Part shown: positions 37,901 to 48,172 of the stretch, piece after piece | How the letters are laid out: the number at the start of each line of letters is the position of its first letter | Numbering within the stretch: position 1 is the stretch's first letter | Virus record (IMG/VR): IMGVR_UViG_3300020166_000019 | Location: 1-64,000 of that record | DNA from: a virus | Lineage: Duplodnaviria; Caudoviricetes | DNA length: 64,000 bases | Direction: 5' to 3' (one strand) | The notes under the pieces: generated by a model | The model's input: only the letters and a program-made list of their open reading frames with translations | Databases searched by the model: none | What the model was told of the DNA's origin: nothing | Made by a program: the position numbers and the translations under genes

Positions 37901-40900
37901 CCTAATGATATCTCAGATATGGATCAAGATTGGGAATTCGGAGACGGATCACCAGTTGAAATGGCATGGAGACGTAGTAGTGAATATCCATTTATTGAAT
38001 TCTTATTATCAATGCTTACTAAGCCATTTAAAATAATTGATACATATTCAACTGAGTTGAATAATATTATAAAAATATATCATAAAGTAGAAGGCATCAA
38101 CACTGATACGATTAAAAACGAACAAAATGGTTATGAATTTAAATTAGGATCAAAATTAGGCGGCTTTGTTAATAACTTTAAGTTAAGTAGTGAGAATTCA
38201 GCATTATCTAATTCTAGATATACTGAAATACCCAGAGATAATTATGATTTGTTTATACATACCGGAGAACCAAATCGTAGTGAAAGTTTTAGTGCCATTG
38301 TTTTAGAAAAAGTTTCATTAGATGAATCACACCCAATATACACTTTATCGGATATAGCATCTTATAGGCAAGGTGATATTGTGTATAATTCATCAGATAC
38401 TAGATATTATAAACGAAAAGTTATATCACCGACAGATAACGAAATATCTGCAGTAATCAATTTTGACTACGATGGTTGGACTTTAGTTTCGCAGCCCGAA
38501 GTTAAAAAATATGGATACAGAATTAACGGATTTGATGAATTCAATCCTCAATTTTACAGTATGGATTGGGATAAAACATCAGCACCCAAATCATGGAGTA
38601 CATTAGGCGACAAAGCATTAATAAATGACTGGCAATCAGGATCTTTTTATCCACTAGATTCTTATATAATTCATAATGAGGTTGCATATATATCACTTGC
38701 AGATCACACCGGTTCTCTATCATTTAATGATGACTTGGCAGATTACTGGAAACGTTTAGTAACATGGCCTAGAGTTAATCAGGTAACTGCAAATGGTTAT
38801 AAAGAAACATTACCAGATCAAATTCGCACACATAATTATGGTAATATATTATATTCATTGGATGAAGTTGCACAATTACTAATCGGTTACCAAGATTATT
38901 TGAATGCAGTTGGGTGGAGTTTCACTGATTCAAATGAGTTGGGCGAAAATGTAGATTTCGAAAATTTATTAATTAAATTTCTAGATTGGAGTGCAGATAA
39001 ACATGACATTGGTGAATTTATCACATTAACTCCTATCTTATTATCCGGACGTTTTTCAGCACCTTATGGTGTTGCAAGTGTACAGAGAGAAACAAATAAG
39101 AATTTCTACAGAGTGTTAGATAGTGTTGGTAGACAAATTCCCAATACAGCAATAAAATTTTATTCTGATGGCGATGCAATCATGTGGGAATCGACTATCC
39201 CAATCTATGGGATGAAAATTGATATTGTCGATGTTGAACATGCTTATGTAGTTGATAGGGTTGACAATTACGGTGATGTAATTTACGATCCAATTTCACA
39301 TAATAGAAATCTACGTATGATAATTGATTGTAATAGAACAAGTGACTGGGATGGAACACTCAGTGCAGATGGGTATATTGTATACCAAAATACATTAATA
39401 CCAAACTTTGAGACCATGGTTGCTGATTCTAAATTCCACAGAGATACTATTGTAGACCAAAGTTTATCAAATGTTAATATTATTAAGGCAAGCCACATTG
39501 GATTTACACCCAGAACTTATCTATCAAATCATTTAATAGAACGTGAATCTCAATTGGAATTTTACAAAGGTTTTATCTCAGATAAAGGAACATATAATAG
39601 TTTAAATAATATTGTCAATAATAATTCTAACTTTGATGGAGTGCGTTCAAACGATGTGTGGGCATTAAAATTAGGCGAATATGGAAACTTGAATAGAAAT
39701 GTATCAGTTAGTAAAAGTATTAATACAAAATTAGTATATAGTGATCCATATTCTATAGAATATGATAATCAAACATTGTTTGAATATAAAACAACCAAAA
39801 GAACTACACCTATAAAAACTACTGGATATGTAGATAGTAAAGATGTAAATTATATTGTAAGAAATGCAACAATCTTAGAAACAACAGTAAGTGAGAATTA
39901 CTATGAAGGTGATCTTGCTTGGGTACAATTTGATAATCTCAGAGATTGGGATGTGAGAAAACTAAGTGAGATAACAGAAATATCATATGTTGGTGAAACA
40001 CAAGATTCACAATTGTATATTGTTGTCACATCAGAAGTTGATACCACTGACACTGTATATTTACGCATAATTAATGATGAAATTGATCCAATATTGAATG
40101 GATATTATAATTTTGTAGATGATGGCATTGAAATATTAGACGGTACAACTGTTTATAAGTATCTAGTATTTGATACTGACTTTGAACCGGTAACAGTTGA
40201 GATTGATACATCATCACAAAATAGTATATTTGTCCCCACAAGCGATAATGCTGGCGTTGAAGCAATCAGTCTGAATTCAAATGTACAGATTATTGAAGGT
40301 GAATTTTTAGTAATTGATGGTGTTAGTTACACTTATATTGATGATGGAATAAACATTAATGCAGGTATCAATATTGGTGGTGCTAATGCAACACCAAACC
40401 CAATTATCAACGCCGGCGAACAGATTTCTATTGTTGTTTATGATCAAAATGATATTATAAAAAATACAAACACATTAATAACATTTAGTGGAAATAACAT
40501 ACATGCAACCAATAATGTAACTTCGTTGTCAGGAGATGAGATCACTATCAATGGTAATTTAATTACTATTGAGAATATAGATAATGGAGATATCGAAGCA
40601 ACCTCAACTTTATCAGTAACAGATAATATCAGTTCTGGTTCTACACTAAGTGTACAAGTAGGATCTTCTGCTGCATCAAGTTACACAATAAAGGATATTG
40701 AAATAGTTGGAACAGTGACATCTCCAACATTTGATCAAACTAAATCTATACAAATTAATGGGCAAACAATAGCATTTACTCACAGTGGCTCTACAATAAC
40801 ATTATCTGATATGGTAGATACTATTAATGCATCTCCTGTAAATGTTACAGCGCAAGACATATCAAATCATCTTGTTATAACTACATCAGAACCATCACTT

Positions 40901-43900
40901 GTAATACAAGGACAGACTGCAATAGAATTGGGATTAATTACCACTTCCCCAACTACACATTCAAAATTAGGTAACCTAGCAGCAGAGATAGATTCGCAAG
41001 CAGATGTCAGTGCTAGTATTGTTTCTAACAAATTGGTTATATCTACGCTATTGGATACGATGGAACTTGGTGGATTTGAGTTTAATTTATTTGGTTTCCC
41101 TAGTAGGACCTACCGATCAGAATTAGATCCTACTGCTAATAGTATTGCACAACAGATAAATGATTTAAATATCTCGGATATTAGTGCAGAAGTTGAGGGC
41201 GGCAAATTAAAAGTAATATCACTTGGTGAAAGCCTAACAATAGAAGAATCAGTTGTTGCTGGCTCTATGTTACGTTTGGGGTACACTTTAACTACTATAA
41301 CTTCTAGTATGTTTGATTCCATAATAGATGATATAAATTCTATATTGTCACTTGAAACTGATTTGGTTGCATCAAAATCATTTAACAATAGATTGTTAAT
41401 ATCAGGAGATGAATTTAAAGCAACAATTACAAATACACTCGGTGATCCATTAACTGATTTAGGAATATCCGAAGGGGAATATTTAACTTCGGGTCTAACA
41501 AATTCATCACTTCTTACATTTAGAGATATAATTAATCAACAATCATCTACGTTAACAGCAAGTATATCATCTGATGGACGTTTCATTATAACAAGTCCGG
41601 CATTACAATTATCTTTTGCTGGCACTTCTCAAAATTTGTTAGACAAGATAGGGTTTTACACAGAATATACCAGTGTTACCAGTAATGCAAACTTTAAAGT
41701 TATGAGATGGAAATCAGTTAGATTTACTCCAGGATATAATGGTGCGACATTTGATGAATTCTATAATGATTTAGGATTAAATACTGCTAGTAAAATATGG
41801 GCAGACTCATATCCCGGTCTAAACGATTGGGCAGTACTGAATAGAACCGCGATTGGTAATATTGAAATTGTTAATAGAAAAGCAAATGAAGTAGATGTTA
41901 GCAATGTTAACAGAGTTATCGTAACAGATGGAGAAGAACATATAATTCATACATTGTATGATCCGCTAAACTTAAAATTACCTGGCAAAGTCATGAAAGA
42001 TATTGATTATGTAGATTGGAATGATCCTGCTAAGTATGATGAATATCTAAGTAACGATTTGTGGTTAGAAGAACATTTAGGTGAAATTTGGTGGGATACT
42101 ACTAGCACACGTTTTTATAGATACAATGATTATGGTGATGCCAATGGCAATATCTCGGTTGAGTATGCAATGCGTAACTGGGGTAAAATTGTTGACGGTT
42201 CGGTAGTAGAGATCAAGCAATGGGTTAAGAACAATGTACTTCCTGTTGGTATTACTTGGTTCAATCAAGAAAAAGAATGGGATCCAGTTAAGAATAAAGA
42301 AGTAACTACATTTTATTATTGGTCATCAATTGGCACATTGCCACGCTATGAAAAAGAATATAGCACAGATGAAATTAAGATGATAATTGAGTCTGGCCAG
42401 ATAGAAAATAAATTTTTACCAATTAATACCAATACTATTATTATTAATAATAATAATAATAATAGGAATGTTGATGGTATAATTGATGTAGTAACTGAAT
42501 ATAGCGTTAAATCAAATAATCAAGATAGACACCTTGATTGGGAATTATTATCACGTGAATCTAGCAAACCTATTATGCAAAGTTACTTGAAAGATTTCAA
42601 AAATAGTATTGCAGATTCTAAAATTGAAAATTTAAAACAAATTATAATCGATTATCCTAATTTAGACAATGATGGAGCATTACTTTCAATTGATTTCTTA
42701 CTTGACTTAACGTTGGACGATCTTGCAATTTCAGTTAATAATGAGTTTTTGGAACTTACAAACTTTAGTCTAAACGGCACCGAATTAAGAATTAATAACA
42801 CATTCAATGTTATATTAGGTGATGTTGTCAGAGTTTATCAAGTGGGCGCGATCTCTAATTCTTGGTATAAAAATTTATCAAAGGCTAGAACTAATTTTGC
42901 ATCAATTATTAATGGAATGTTGGATACTAAATTACTAGAGACAGAATATCCTTTTTATGCAGATTATATTAAGTTAGACCATTACATTTTCAATTCAATA
43001 GATTGGTACAAACATCCAGATTACAAAGAAATAACTCAATTTGAATATCTAAGTAATACCCGAGATATTGATATGATTAGTATGTTTAATTCTGGTATTC
43101 GTTCTTTTGGCATAGTTAATCCAGAATATGAAGAGGTTTACTTTGGTTATGGATCGCCAGAAGAAATTACTATGGTTAACAAGATTGGCGGCGCATTGAA
43201 TATAAATTTCAATAATATTGTATTACCAGGACAGACTGGAAATTCAGGTTCTATTTCGCAGTATTATACTAATGTTATTAATGTGCAAATACATGAATTG
43301 ATTAATATGATTTATTCATATTCAAGTAATGATGTCATTAAAGATTTATTCTTTGATATGTTGTCATATACTTATACTGAAAAAGAACATCCAGACTGGT
43401 TATTCAAAACAAGTTATATTGACTTAAAACTAATGAATAAACCGTTACGACAGTATGCGATTTACCAACATGATACTTTTGATGATACAATTGAGTATGT
43501 AATGGAAGCAAAACCATATCATGTTAAACTTAGAAACATTGATAGAATTTATCCTTTAAATGAACCAGTTATCGCAGATGTAGATGCCCTTCATCATGTG
43601 AATTTAAGAATTGACTTGGGCGGCGGCTATAGTAGATATAATTATAAAACATATGATGGCGGCGTGGCACCAAACGATGAGCATCCAAATATCGAAGATG
43701 GCAAATATGATCAAGGCGCATTGTTACGCCAACCATATGATGTTACTGCTGAGAAAGGTGGAATTGATACTGGCGTTGTAGATAGTAGAATTTTAGAGTC
43801 TGCTATTGTAAGAGTAGATGAATATGATTCGAGTGTTGTAGATGGGATCGGAGATTCAGTCATTGACAAACGTTCATTTATAGTATATGATACATTTGGG

Positions 43901-44227
43901 AGAGGCCACTTTATGCATAGTGTCGATACTGATACTGTGGTTGCAGTTACTAGTGAACATGGCTACCGTAATATTGAGATTTCAGATGAATCGAAATTTA
44001 GATATGCGGAAGAAAATACAGTATATCTAATCATAGTTGAAAATACTGATAAGAAAATAGAGTTTATGCATTATAATAAAAAAGATGGAAGTGTATTACA
44101 AATTAATGAGCGTGGATTATTCAACGGTACATGCTTAGATATACAAGTCGGTGATACTGTACATATAGTATCGGCTATTGAAACGATACAATTTATGACA
44201 GAACAAGCAGATAAGCATAAAATATAA
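34928..44227 (+). CDS. Giant virion structural protein (3099 aa), probable baseplate wedge/gp7-like scaffold
   Basis: Uninterrupted ORF after gp6; IDIDKFINWELYYW, WEFGDGSPVEMAWRRSSEYPF, WLFKTSYI, YVMEAKPYHVKLR blocks. Confidence 0.7.
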   Translation: MANNKIYNLLPAHLQNKELETIFDSTLERAFSKGSIEKTNAFIGRKEKGVYSETDAYVSFPEHLFQRDNYGFEPVFSNTDIGDNIFYDDLLNSMYNKGSLTNDHRRLFKSDTYTINLPIDIDKFINWELYYWVDNGFTSEYALYEFAEYQAGVTGWIKQKPYILKSNSEYLLDEYLPNESFGEIGDYAVVIKQSSLVYWKKDSIEGWARVGSDDPGASSFTASDQRPLSPTLGDTYVNINELRITLLQNQNETFILKDTIYDRWNIDVNPYALRFSDTSEGLISLIEYRSNAQDSTPDWELYDGEQFVFNLGNSNDTHYITIDKNTDRTTKTNWWSDRNSWYHYDDIRMYITDDSKSYVEQAKRPIIEFDKNLELSTESSSAVSWSVPTFKIYDNELNYLNDYMIFHYVEDEDSVVDKFLSIRALLTPGDYASEFTFNIEMPVDASFKVGSNYHTLYIKSEFDYRNLRHEYGTATHSQLSLLQEPKSSETIDVYVDGIIQIGNYVYSSNSIIFNTPVTGYVYVDFTTKDNVVVDGDGSWQRIDPALEYNPDNLFHNNTNFTFSTMYEHMLRQLSTTIGLSGNPNAVNNYRNIGDNTDKMRNNKYGSVMVRNSIDIKNAYFSITRDDYDPFAAVEYLSVSYNNYKNKLITTIQEILSDAGSETKSDDLILDEAIAQIALIKRENISVFSGSRMINFGSFPTHYITGNVDPVIPGSVTQFIPNSISTEIVDDKNVSVYVNGILETNVTIINGIEISFNDSVIAEGDVIEVRYFKLLQETFIPPSASKLGIAAVYNPGYVVDQEFDTPQVMIVGHDGSRMLAWGDRTDEIILLFEKLVYNRIDKNSVTTSLRNISYGMYRDSDTEYSLNEKKFTMYPFFKKWMLRNNIDNLYNTDYDFNDYKTWNYRASNDASPGYWRGIFKYAYGTETPLIEPWVTIGYSIIPDGFETNPLRYSDPDFWNMLKTTYSTTWPIPVDSTGNLRDINDLFFNSQLTPNDISDMDQDWEFGDGSPVEMAWRRSSEYPFIEFLLSMLTKPFKIIDTYSTELNNIIKIYHKVEGINTDTIKNEQNGYEFKLGSKLGGFVNNFKLSSENSALSNSRYTEIPRDNYDLFIHTGEPNRSESFSAIVLEKVSLDESHPIYTLSDIASYRQGDIVYNSSDTRYYKRKVISPTDNEISAVINFDYDGWTLVSQPEVKKYGYRINGFDEFNPQFYSMDWDKTSAPKSWSTLGDKALINDWQSGSFYPLDSYIIHNEVAYISLADHTGSLSFNDDLADYWKRLVTWPRVNQVTANGYKETLPDQIRTHNYGNILYSLDEVAQLLIGYQDYLNAVGWSFTDSNELGENVDFENLLIKFLDWSADKHDIGEFITLTPILLSGRFSAPYGVASVQRETNKNFYRVLDSVGRQIPNTAIKFYSDGDAIMWESTIPIYGMKIDIVDVEHAYVVDRVDNYGDVIYDPISHNRNLRMIIDCNRTSDWDGTLSADGYIVYQNTLIPNFETMVADSKFHRDTIVDQSLSNVNIIKASHIGFTPRTYLSNHLIERESQLEFYKGFISDKGTYNSLNNIVNNNSNFDGVRSNDVWALKLGEYGNLNRNVSVSKSINTKLVYSDPYSIEYDNQTLFEYKTTKRTTPIKTTGYVDSKDVNYIVRNATILETTVSENYYEGDLAWVQFDNLRDWDVRKLSEITEISYVGETQDSQLYIVVTSEVDTTDTVYLRIINDEIDPILNGYYNFVDDGIEILDGTTVYKYLVFDTDFEPVTVEIDTSSQNSIFVPTSDNAGVEAISLNSNVQIIEGEFLVIDGVSYTYIDDGININAGINIGGANATPNPIINAGEQISIVVYDQNDIIKNTNTLITFSGNNIHATNNVTSLSGDEITINGNLITIENIDNGDIEATSTLSVTDNISSGSTLSVQVGSSAASSYTIKDIEIVGTVTSPTFDQTKSIQINGQTIAFTHSGSTITLSDMVDTINASPVNVTAQDISNHLVITTSEPSLVIQGQTAIELGLITTSPTTHSKLGNLAAEIDSQADVSASIVSNKLVISTLLDTMELGGFEFNLFGFPSRTYRSELDPTANSIAQQINDLNISDISAEVEGGKLKVISLGESLTIEESVVAGSMLRLGYTLTTITSSMFDSIIDDINSILSLETDLVASKSFNNRLLISGDEFKATITNTLGDPLTDLGISEGEYLTSGLTNSSLLTFRDIINQQSSTLTASISSDGRFIITSPALQLSFAGTSQNLLDKIGFYTEYTSVTSNANFKVMRWKSVRFTPGYNGATFDEFYNDLGLNTASKIWADSYPGLNDWAVLNRTAIGNIEIVNRKANEVDVSNVNRVIVTDGEEHIIHTLYDPLNLKLPGKVMKDIDYVDWNDPAKYDEYLSNDLWLEEHLGEIWWDTTSTRFYRYNDYGDANGNISVEYAMRNWGKIVDGSVVEIKQWVKNNVLPVGITWFNQEKEWDPVKNKEVTTFYYWSSIGTLPRYEKEYSTDEIKMIIESGQIENKFLPINTNTIIINNNNNNRNVDGIIDVVTEYSVKSNNQDRHLDWELLSRESSKPIMQSYLKDFKNSIADSKIENLKQIIIDYPNLDNDGALLSIDFLLDLTLDDLAISVNNEFLELTNFSLNGTELRINNTFNVILGDVVRVYQVGAISNSWYKNLSKARTNFASIINGMLDTKLLETEYPFYADYIKLDHYIFNSIDWYKHPDYKEITQFEYLSNTRDIDMISMFNSGIRSFGIVNPEYEEVYFGYGSPEEITMVNKIGGALNINFNNIVLPGQTGNSGSISQYYTNVINVQIHELINMIYSYSSNDVIKDLFFDMLSYTYTEKEHPDWLFKTSYIDLKLMNKPLRQYAIYQHDTFDDTIEYVMEAKPYHVKLRNIDRIYPLNEPVIADVDALHHVNLRIDLGGGYSRYNYKTYDGGVAPNDEHPNIEDGKYDQGALLRQPYDVTAEKGGIDTGVVDSRILESAIVRVDEYDSSVVDGIGDSVIDKRSFIVYDTFGRGHFMHSVDTDTVVAVTSEHGYRNIEISDESKFRYAEENTVYLIIVENTDKKIEFMHYNKKDGSVLQINERGLFNGTCLDIQVGDTVHIVSAIETIQFMTEQADKHKI

Positions 44228-44245
44228 TACGTATATAACTAAAAT

Positions 44246-44253
44246 GATAAATA
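44246..44253 (+). promoter_or_regulatory. Late promoter GATAAATA
   Basis: Intergenic TGATAAATAC, preceded by TACGTA as in the 20512 and 30150 copies. Confidence 0.6.
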
Positions 44254-44289
44254 CTTTAAGTTCTGATATAACAAAGAAGAGAGACCGAA

Positions 44290-44964
44290 ATGTTTAATGA
44301 TGATGTAACATCCCAGATAATTGGTAAAGTAAAAATATATGATAAAGATACTGGAAAAGTACTCTTAGAAAAAAAGAATGCTATTCACCCAGGTAATATG
44401 GCTTATATTCTTGCATCTGCTTTAGCAGGCAAACCAACAAGTGTAAACTCTGCTGGTGCTCCTCCGATAGTAAATTGGATGGCTTTCGGTAATGGAGGTA
44501 GCAATTCTACTTCTACATTAGAATATCGTGCACCTAGAGTTTTTGGTAACTATGATCAATTACCCATAACGTCAAGTAATTCTACACTTTATTCAAAGAT
44601 GTATGAACAAGAAACTGTTAATACTGTATACTATGCAGGCCAAGCAATGGATAGCATAGAATCAGTTCCAGAAAATACTGCAAAGATTGTATGTTCAGTT
44701 GAAGTAAACCACTCTGCATATGAAGAAGCAGTTAAAACAGTTGATCCAAGTTTATCGTTGCCCGAAACAGATAGTTCACCTGATACACAGAGTACAAATG
44801 CTTTTACTATAGATGAAATTGGTCTTATGTCTGGTGTTACCAGTGACAGATTTATGGATGAATCAAAAACAACAATGTTGACTCATGTTACATTTCACCC
44901 TGTTTTATTATCATCTAATAGAACAATTATCATAGACTATACCATAACAATTCAAGTAAATTAA
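44290..44964 (+). CDS. Baseplate / fibre-attachment structural protein
   Basis: KKNAIHPGN, MAFGNGG, FTIDEIGL, LTHVTFHPV...IDYTITI pattern. Confidence 0.6.
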   Translation: MFNDDVTSQIIGKVKIYDKDTGKVLLEKKNAIHPGNMAYILASALAGKPTSVNSAGAPPIVNWMAFGNGGSNSTSTLEYRAPRVFGNYDQLPITSSNSTLYSKMYEQETVNTVYYAGQAMDSIESVPENTAKIVCSVEVNHSAYEEAVKTVDPSLSLPETDSSPDTQSTNAFTIDEIGLMSGVTSDRFMDESKTTMLTHVTFHPVLLSSNRTIIIDYTITIQVN

Positions 44965-44974
44965 GGAGTGGTGG

Positions 44975-46048
44975 ATGTCCCCGCAAAGTTATCCCCTAAG
45001 TAGCCAATTCACATCTGATGATTTTAATTTGTTAGCAAATGATATTAATGAAATCGTTGGTATTGGTGCAGGCGATGCAGGTTATGGTCAAAATCAATTA
45101 TTTGTTAATCATGTCAACAAAGGACAAAGATTAATGAAGAAAAACTGGATGGACCTTTTTTACGCTATAACTTTTGCAGCATCACATCAAGGAACAGAAC
45201 TTACAACTCCTGCTAATATATATGAAGGTGATTTTGAAACACTTGATGATATAGTTTATCATAAAGATACTATCGAAGCAGATATAAAAACTATTAGGCA
45301 AAATAAACTTCAATCTGATATAGGAAAAATGTCACTACAGAATAACGTGTCTAGTGTATTACAGACTTATGGAAATCCTACTGAAATTTCAGATCCAGAT
45401 ATGATATGGCTAACTTCAAATATTGGCAAGAACATGGTATTTAAAACTTCATTTGATACCGATGATGCACGAAGATGGCACTTTAATGCAGGCGGTGATA
45501 TTAGAATTTCTGCAGAATTATTGATAGACAGTGCACTATTATATATTCCTAGTATTGCTTGGTATAATCTTTTTAACTCAATCGGCGTTGTAATCATTAA
45601 ACATTCCGAAACTGTTTCTTCTAATCAGATTGGTTTGCCCGGACCTGGATTTAACGGACTAACTACAGAATGGCAAACTATTTACACACGTGTTTATTCT
45701 GAATTAGAAAGTCCAAGTTTCTTTGGTAATTCTGTTACGATTTATGCAAAACTTTCAGATAATGGCGGTATAGAAATAGATTTGACATTAACCAATTGTG
45801 ACACAATTGGCGGTAATAATGGATATAATGGATATAATGGATATAATGAATACAGTGATTATTATTGCGGCGCAGGTGTATTAGATACTGATCCAATAGG
45901 AACTACAAATGGACCATTTGTATCTGGTGAACTATCTGTTAGAATTTCACAAAAAAGAGCGGATGATGCACACAGTAGTAATTTGGGAGTTGTTACTGAA
46001 ATGCCAATTTATAGCATACTATCTTATATCTCAGAAATAAACAGTTAA
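44975..46048 (+). CDS. Virion structural (tail-associated) protein
   Basis: GDAGYGQ and DARRWHFNAGGDIRIS motifs; located in the late operon; contains an NGY repeat. Confidence 0.55.
   Translation: MSPQSYPLSSQFTSDDFNLLANDINEIVGIGAGDAGYGQNQLFVNHVNKGQRLMKKNWMDLFYAITFAASHQGTELTTPANIYEGDFETLDDIVYHKDTIEADIKTIRQNKLQSDIGKMSLQNNVSSVLQTYGNPTEISDPDMIWLTSNIGKNMVFKTSFDTDDARRWHFNAGGDIRISAELLIDSALLYIPSIAWYNLFNSIGVVIIKHSETVSSNQIGLPGPGFNGLTTEWQTIYTRVYSELESPSFFGNSVTIYAKLSDNGGIEIDLTLTNCDTIGGNNGYNGYNGYNEYSDYYCGAGVLDTDPIGTTNGPFVSGELSVRISQKRADDAHSSNLGVVTEMPIYSILSYISEINS
45818..45853 (+). repeat. 9-bp tandem repeat (AATGGATAT)x3 plus one degenerate copy
   Basis: Encodes NGYNGYNGYNEY. Confidence 0.85.
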
Positions 46049-46064
46049 TTATTTTAAATTAGTA

Positions 46065-46093
46065 TTGACATTTTAACCTTGTTATGCTATTAT
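46065..46093 (+). promoter_or_regulatory. Sigma70 promoter (extended -10) heading the glyco-modification cluster
   Basis: TTGACA-ttttaaccttgttatgc-TATTAT. Confidence 0.65.
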
Positions 46094-46122
46094 TGATAGT
46101 ATTAATATAGTGGAATTATGCA

Positions 46123-46467
46123 ATGGATGATTTGGAAGATATATTATCGTATAGAAATACGATGCGAACATTTAACCTAAATAAAAAGGTTATGCAAGAT
46201 AAAGTTTCTAGTATTCTAATACATCATGAAAATGGTGGATCGTTTGATATTACTCAGGAACTTATTGGGTTCTTAAACTATGCAGTACAAAATAACAAGA
46301 CAAGTATCGTTGTTCTTGATAGGAATAATTTGCCTATAAAAATAAATGATATTAGTAAATTATTGGAAACCATATCTAGTAAATATTTTGAAGCAATCAA
46401 TGACTTTTATATACAGTATGAACAATTGCGTAGTTCATCTAATATTAAGGTAGCATTAGAAATATAA
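46123..46467 (+). CDS. Hypothetical protein
   Basis: 114-aa ORF, translationally coupled to the next gene. Confidence 0.7.
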   Translation: MDDLEDILSYRNTMRTFNLNKKVMQDKVSSILIHHENGGSFDITQELIGFLNYAVQNNKTSIVVLDRNNLPIKINDISKLLETISSKYFEAINDFYIQYEQLRSSSNIKVALEI

Positions 46468-47327
46468 TGAATGGTATAATAATATTTTCACACAACAATG
46501 GATATATTGATTATGTAAAGATAGCATGTGCAAGTGCAGGCTATGCTAGAAGAAATTTGTCTGGATTTGATGAAATATGTTTAATTACAGATGAAGAATC
46601 ATTATCAGATAATAAAGAATTAGTTGATATGTATTTTGATAGAGTTATAAAAATACCAGTCCCTAAAGATTCTACTATGCGTATGTATCATGACACTCAT
46701 AGTAATAAAGAACCAGCTAAATTTATCAATACTAATAGAGGCAATGTATATGACTTATCACCATATGATGAAACTCTAGTAATCGATTGCGATTACTTTG
46801 CCATGACCAATGTATTAGATGGTGTATGGGGAAGTAAAAATGATTTTATGATTACTAAGAATTACTCTGATATTAGTAATGATACTAAAAATGATATTAC
46901 TAAAATATCTGATACTAGTATTGATATGTATTGGGCAACAATACTTTACTTTCGAAAGAGTGAATTTTCTAAAACATTATTTAAATTGGTTGATATCATA
47001 AAAAATAATTGGCAGTGGTATTATATAAGATACTCATGTAATATAAAGTTATACAGAAATGATCATACATTTTCAATAGCATTGCATATTATTACCAATG
47101 GTAGTAATGATACTGTGCCGGAATTGCCCATGCATCGATTAATGAATAGTTTTGATACAGATAAAATTTTTAGAATTGATGGACCTGCTAATATATTAAT
47201 GTTAACTGCGATGAATAAAAAATCCAAAAACATGGTCAGACTTCAACAATCTGATTTGCATATTATGAACAAACAAAGCATTCTGAATCATATAGATAAT
47301 TTCTTTGAATACGGTGATTGTAAATGA
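46467..47327 (+). CDS. GT8-like nucleotide-diphospho-sugar transferase
   Basis: YDLSPYDETLVIDCD (DxD), WATILYFRK, RND, LHIMNK. Confidence 0.75.
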   Translation: MNGIIIFSHNNGYIDYVKIACASAGYARRNLSGFDEICLITDEESLSDNKELVDMYFDRVIKIPVPKDSTMRMYHDTHSNKEPAKFINTNRGNVYDLSPYDETLVIDCDYFAMTNVLDGVWGSKNDFMITKNYSDISNDTKNDITKISDTSIDMYWATILYFRKSEFSKTLFKLVDIIKNNWQWYYIRYSCNIKLYRNDHTFSIALHIITNGSNDTVPELPMHRLMNSFDTDKIFRIDGPANILMLTAMNKKSKNMVRLQQSDLHIMNKQSILNHIDNFFEYGDCK

Positions 47328-48172
47328 GTAAAGGTTATATTATAATTGCACAAAATTCTGATGTTGATTATTTACGTATGGCATATGCATTAGCGTTGAG
47401 CATTAAGGCAACGCAAGATGTGAATTCTGTATGTTTATGTGTTGATAATACAACAAATGACAGATTGGAACAAAAGCATTTTGATGTATTTGATTACGTT
47501 ATTGATATACCCTGGGATGATGATGCGTTATCTTCTAAATGGAAAATAGAAAACAAATGGAAGTATATTCATATGTCGCCATTTGACCAAACTATTATAC
47601 TTGATTCAGACCAGTTGTTCACTGCATCAGTTGATCATTGGTGGGATATTTTAAACAAATATGATCTGTGCTTATGTTCAAACCCAAGAACATTTAGAGA
47701 CCAACCCATAACAAGTGATTACTATCGTAAAAAGTTCACATCTTGTGATTTACCTGATGTATATAGTAATTTTACTTACTTTAACAAATCTACAAAGTCA
47801 TTCAGTTATTTCCGTTTGGTACAAGATATTATGGAAAATTGGAACTATTATTATACTATATTTTTGAATGATCAAGGACAGGATTGGATAAGTGCAGATG
47901 TTGCATTTTCTCTTGCTGCAAAGTTGCTACAAATAGATTCTATTAATACTGACATTCCAGTGCTTAAATTTATACATATGAAAAGTTATGTACAAGATAT
48001 ACCAAAAAAAAGTATATCCTCTAATTGGAATAAAACACTACCAAGTTATGTAACAGATGATTTGAGAATTTTCGTTAACAACCAGGAACTATTATTGCCG
48101 TTTCATTATGTAGAAAAGGATTGGCTTACAGATACTATTATTAAAAAGTATGAGGACATTTTCTATGTTTGA
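47324..48172 (+). CDS. GT8-like nucleotide-diphospho-sugar transferase (paralog)
   Basis: AYALALSIK, SPFDQTIILDSD (DxD), FIHMK, PFHYVEK. Confidence 0.75.
   Translation: MSKGYIIIAQNSDVDYLRMAYALALSIKATQDVNSVCLCVDNTTNDRLEQKHFDVFDYVIDIPWDDDALSSKWKIENKWKYIHMSPFDQTIILDSDQLFTASVDHWWDILNKYDLCLCSNPRTFRDQPITSDYYRKKFTSCDLPDVYSNFTYFNKSTKSFSYFRLVQDIMENWNYYYTIFLNDQGQDWISADVAFSLAAKLLQIDSINTDIPVLKFIHMKSYVQDIPKKSISSNWNKTLPSYVTDDLRIFVNNQELLLPFHYVEKDWLTDTIIKKYEDIFYV

Noticed and set aside
42437-42463. (ATT)3(AAT)6 microsatellite encoding IIINNNNNN
   Set aside because: In-frame triplet run in AT-rich DNA; no evidence of phase variation.
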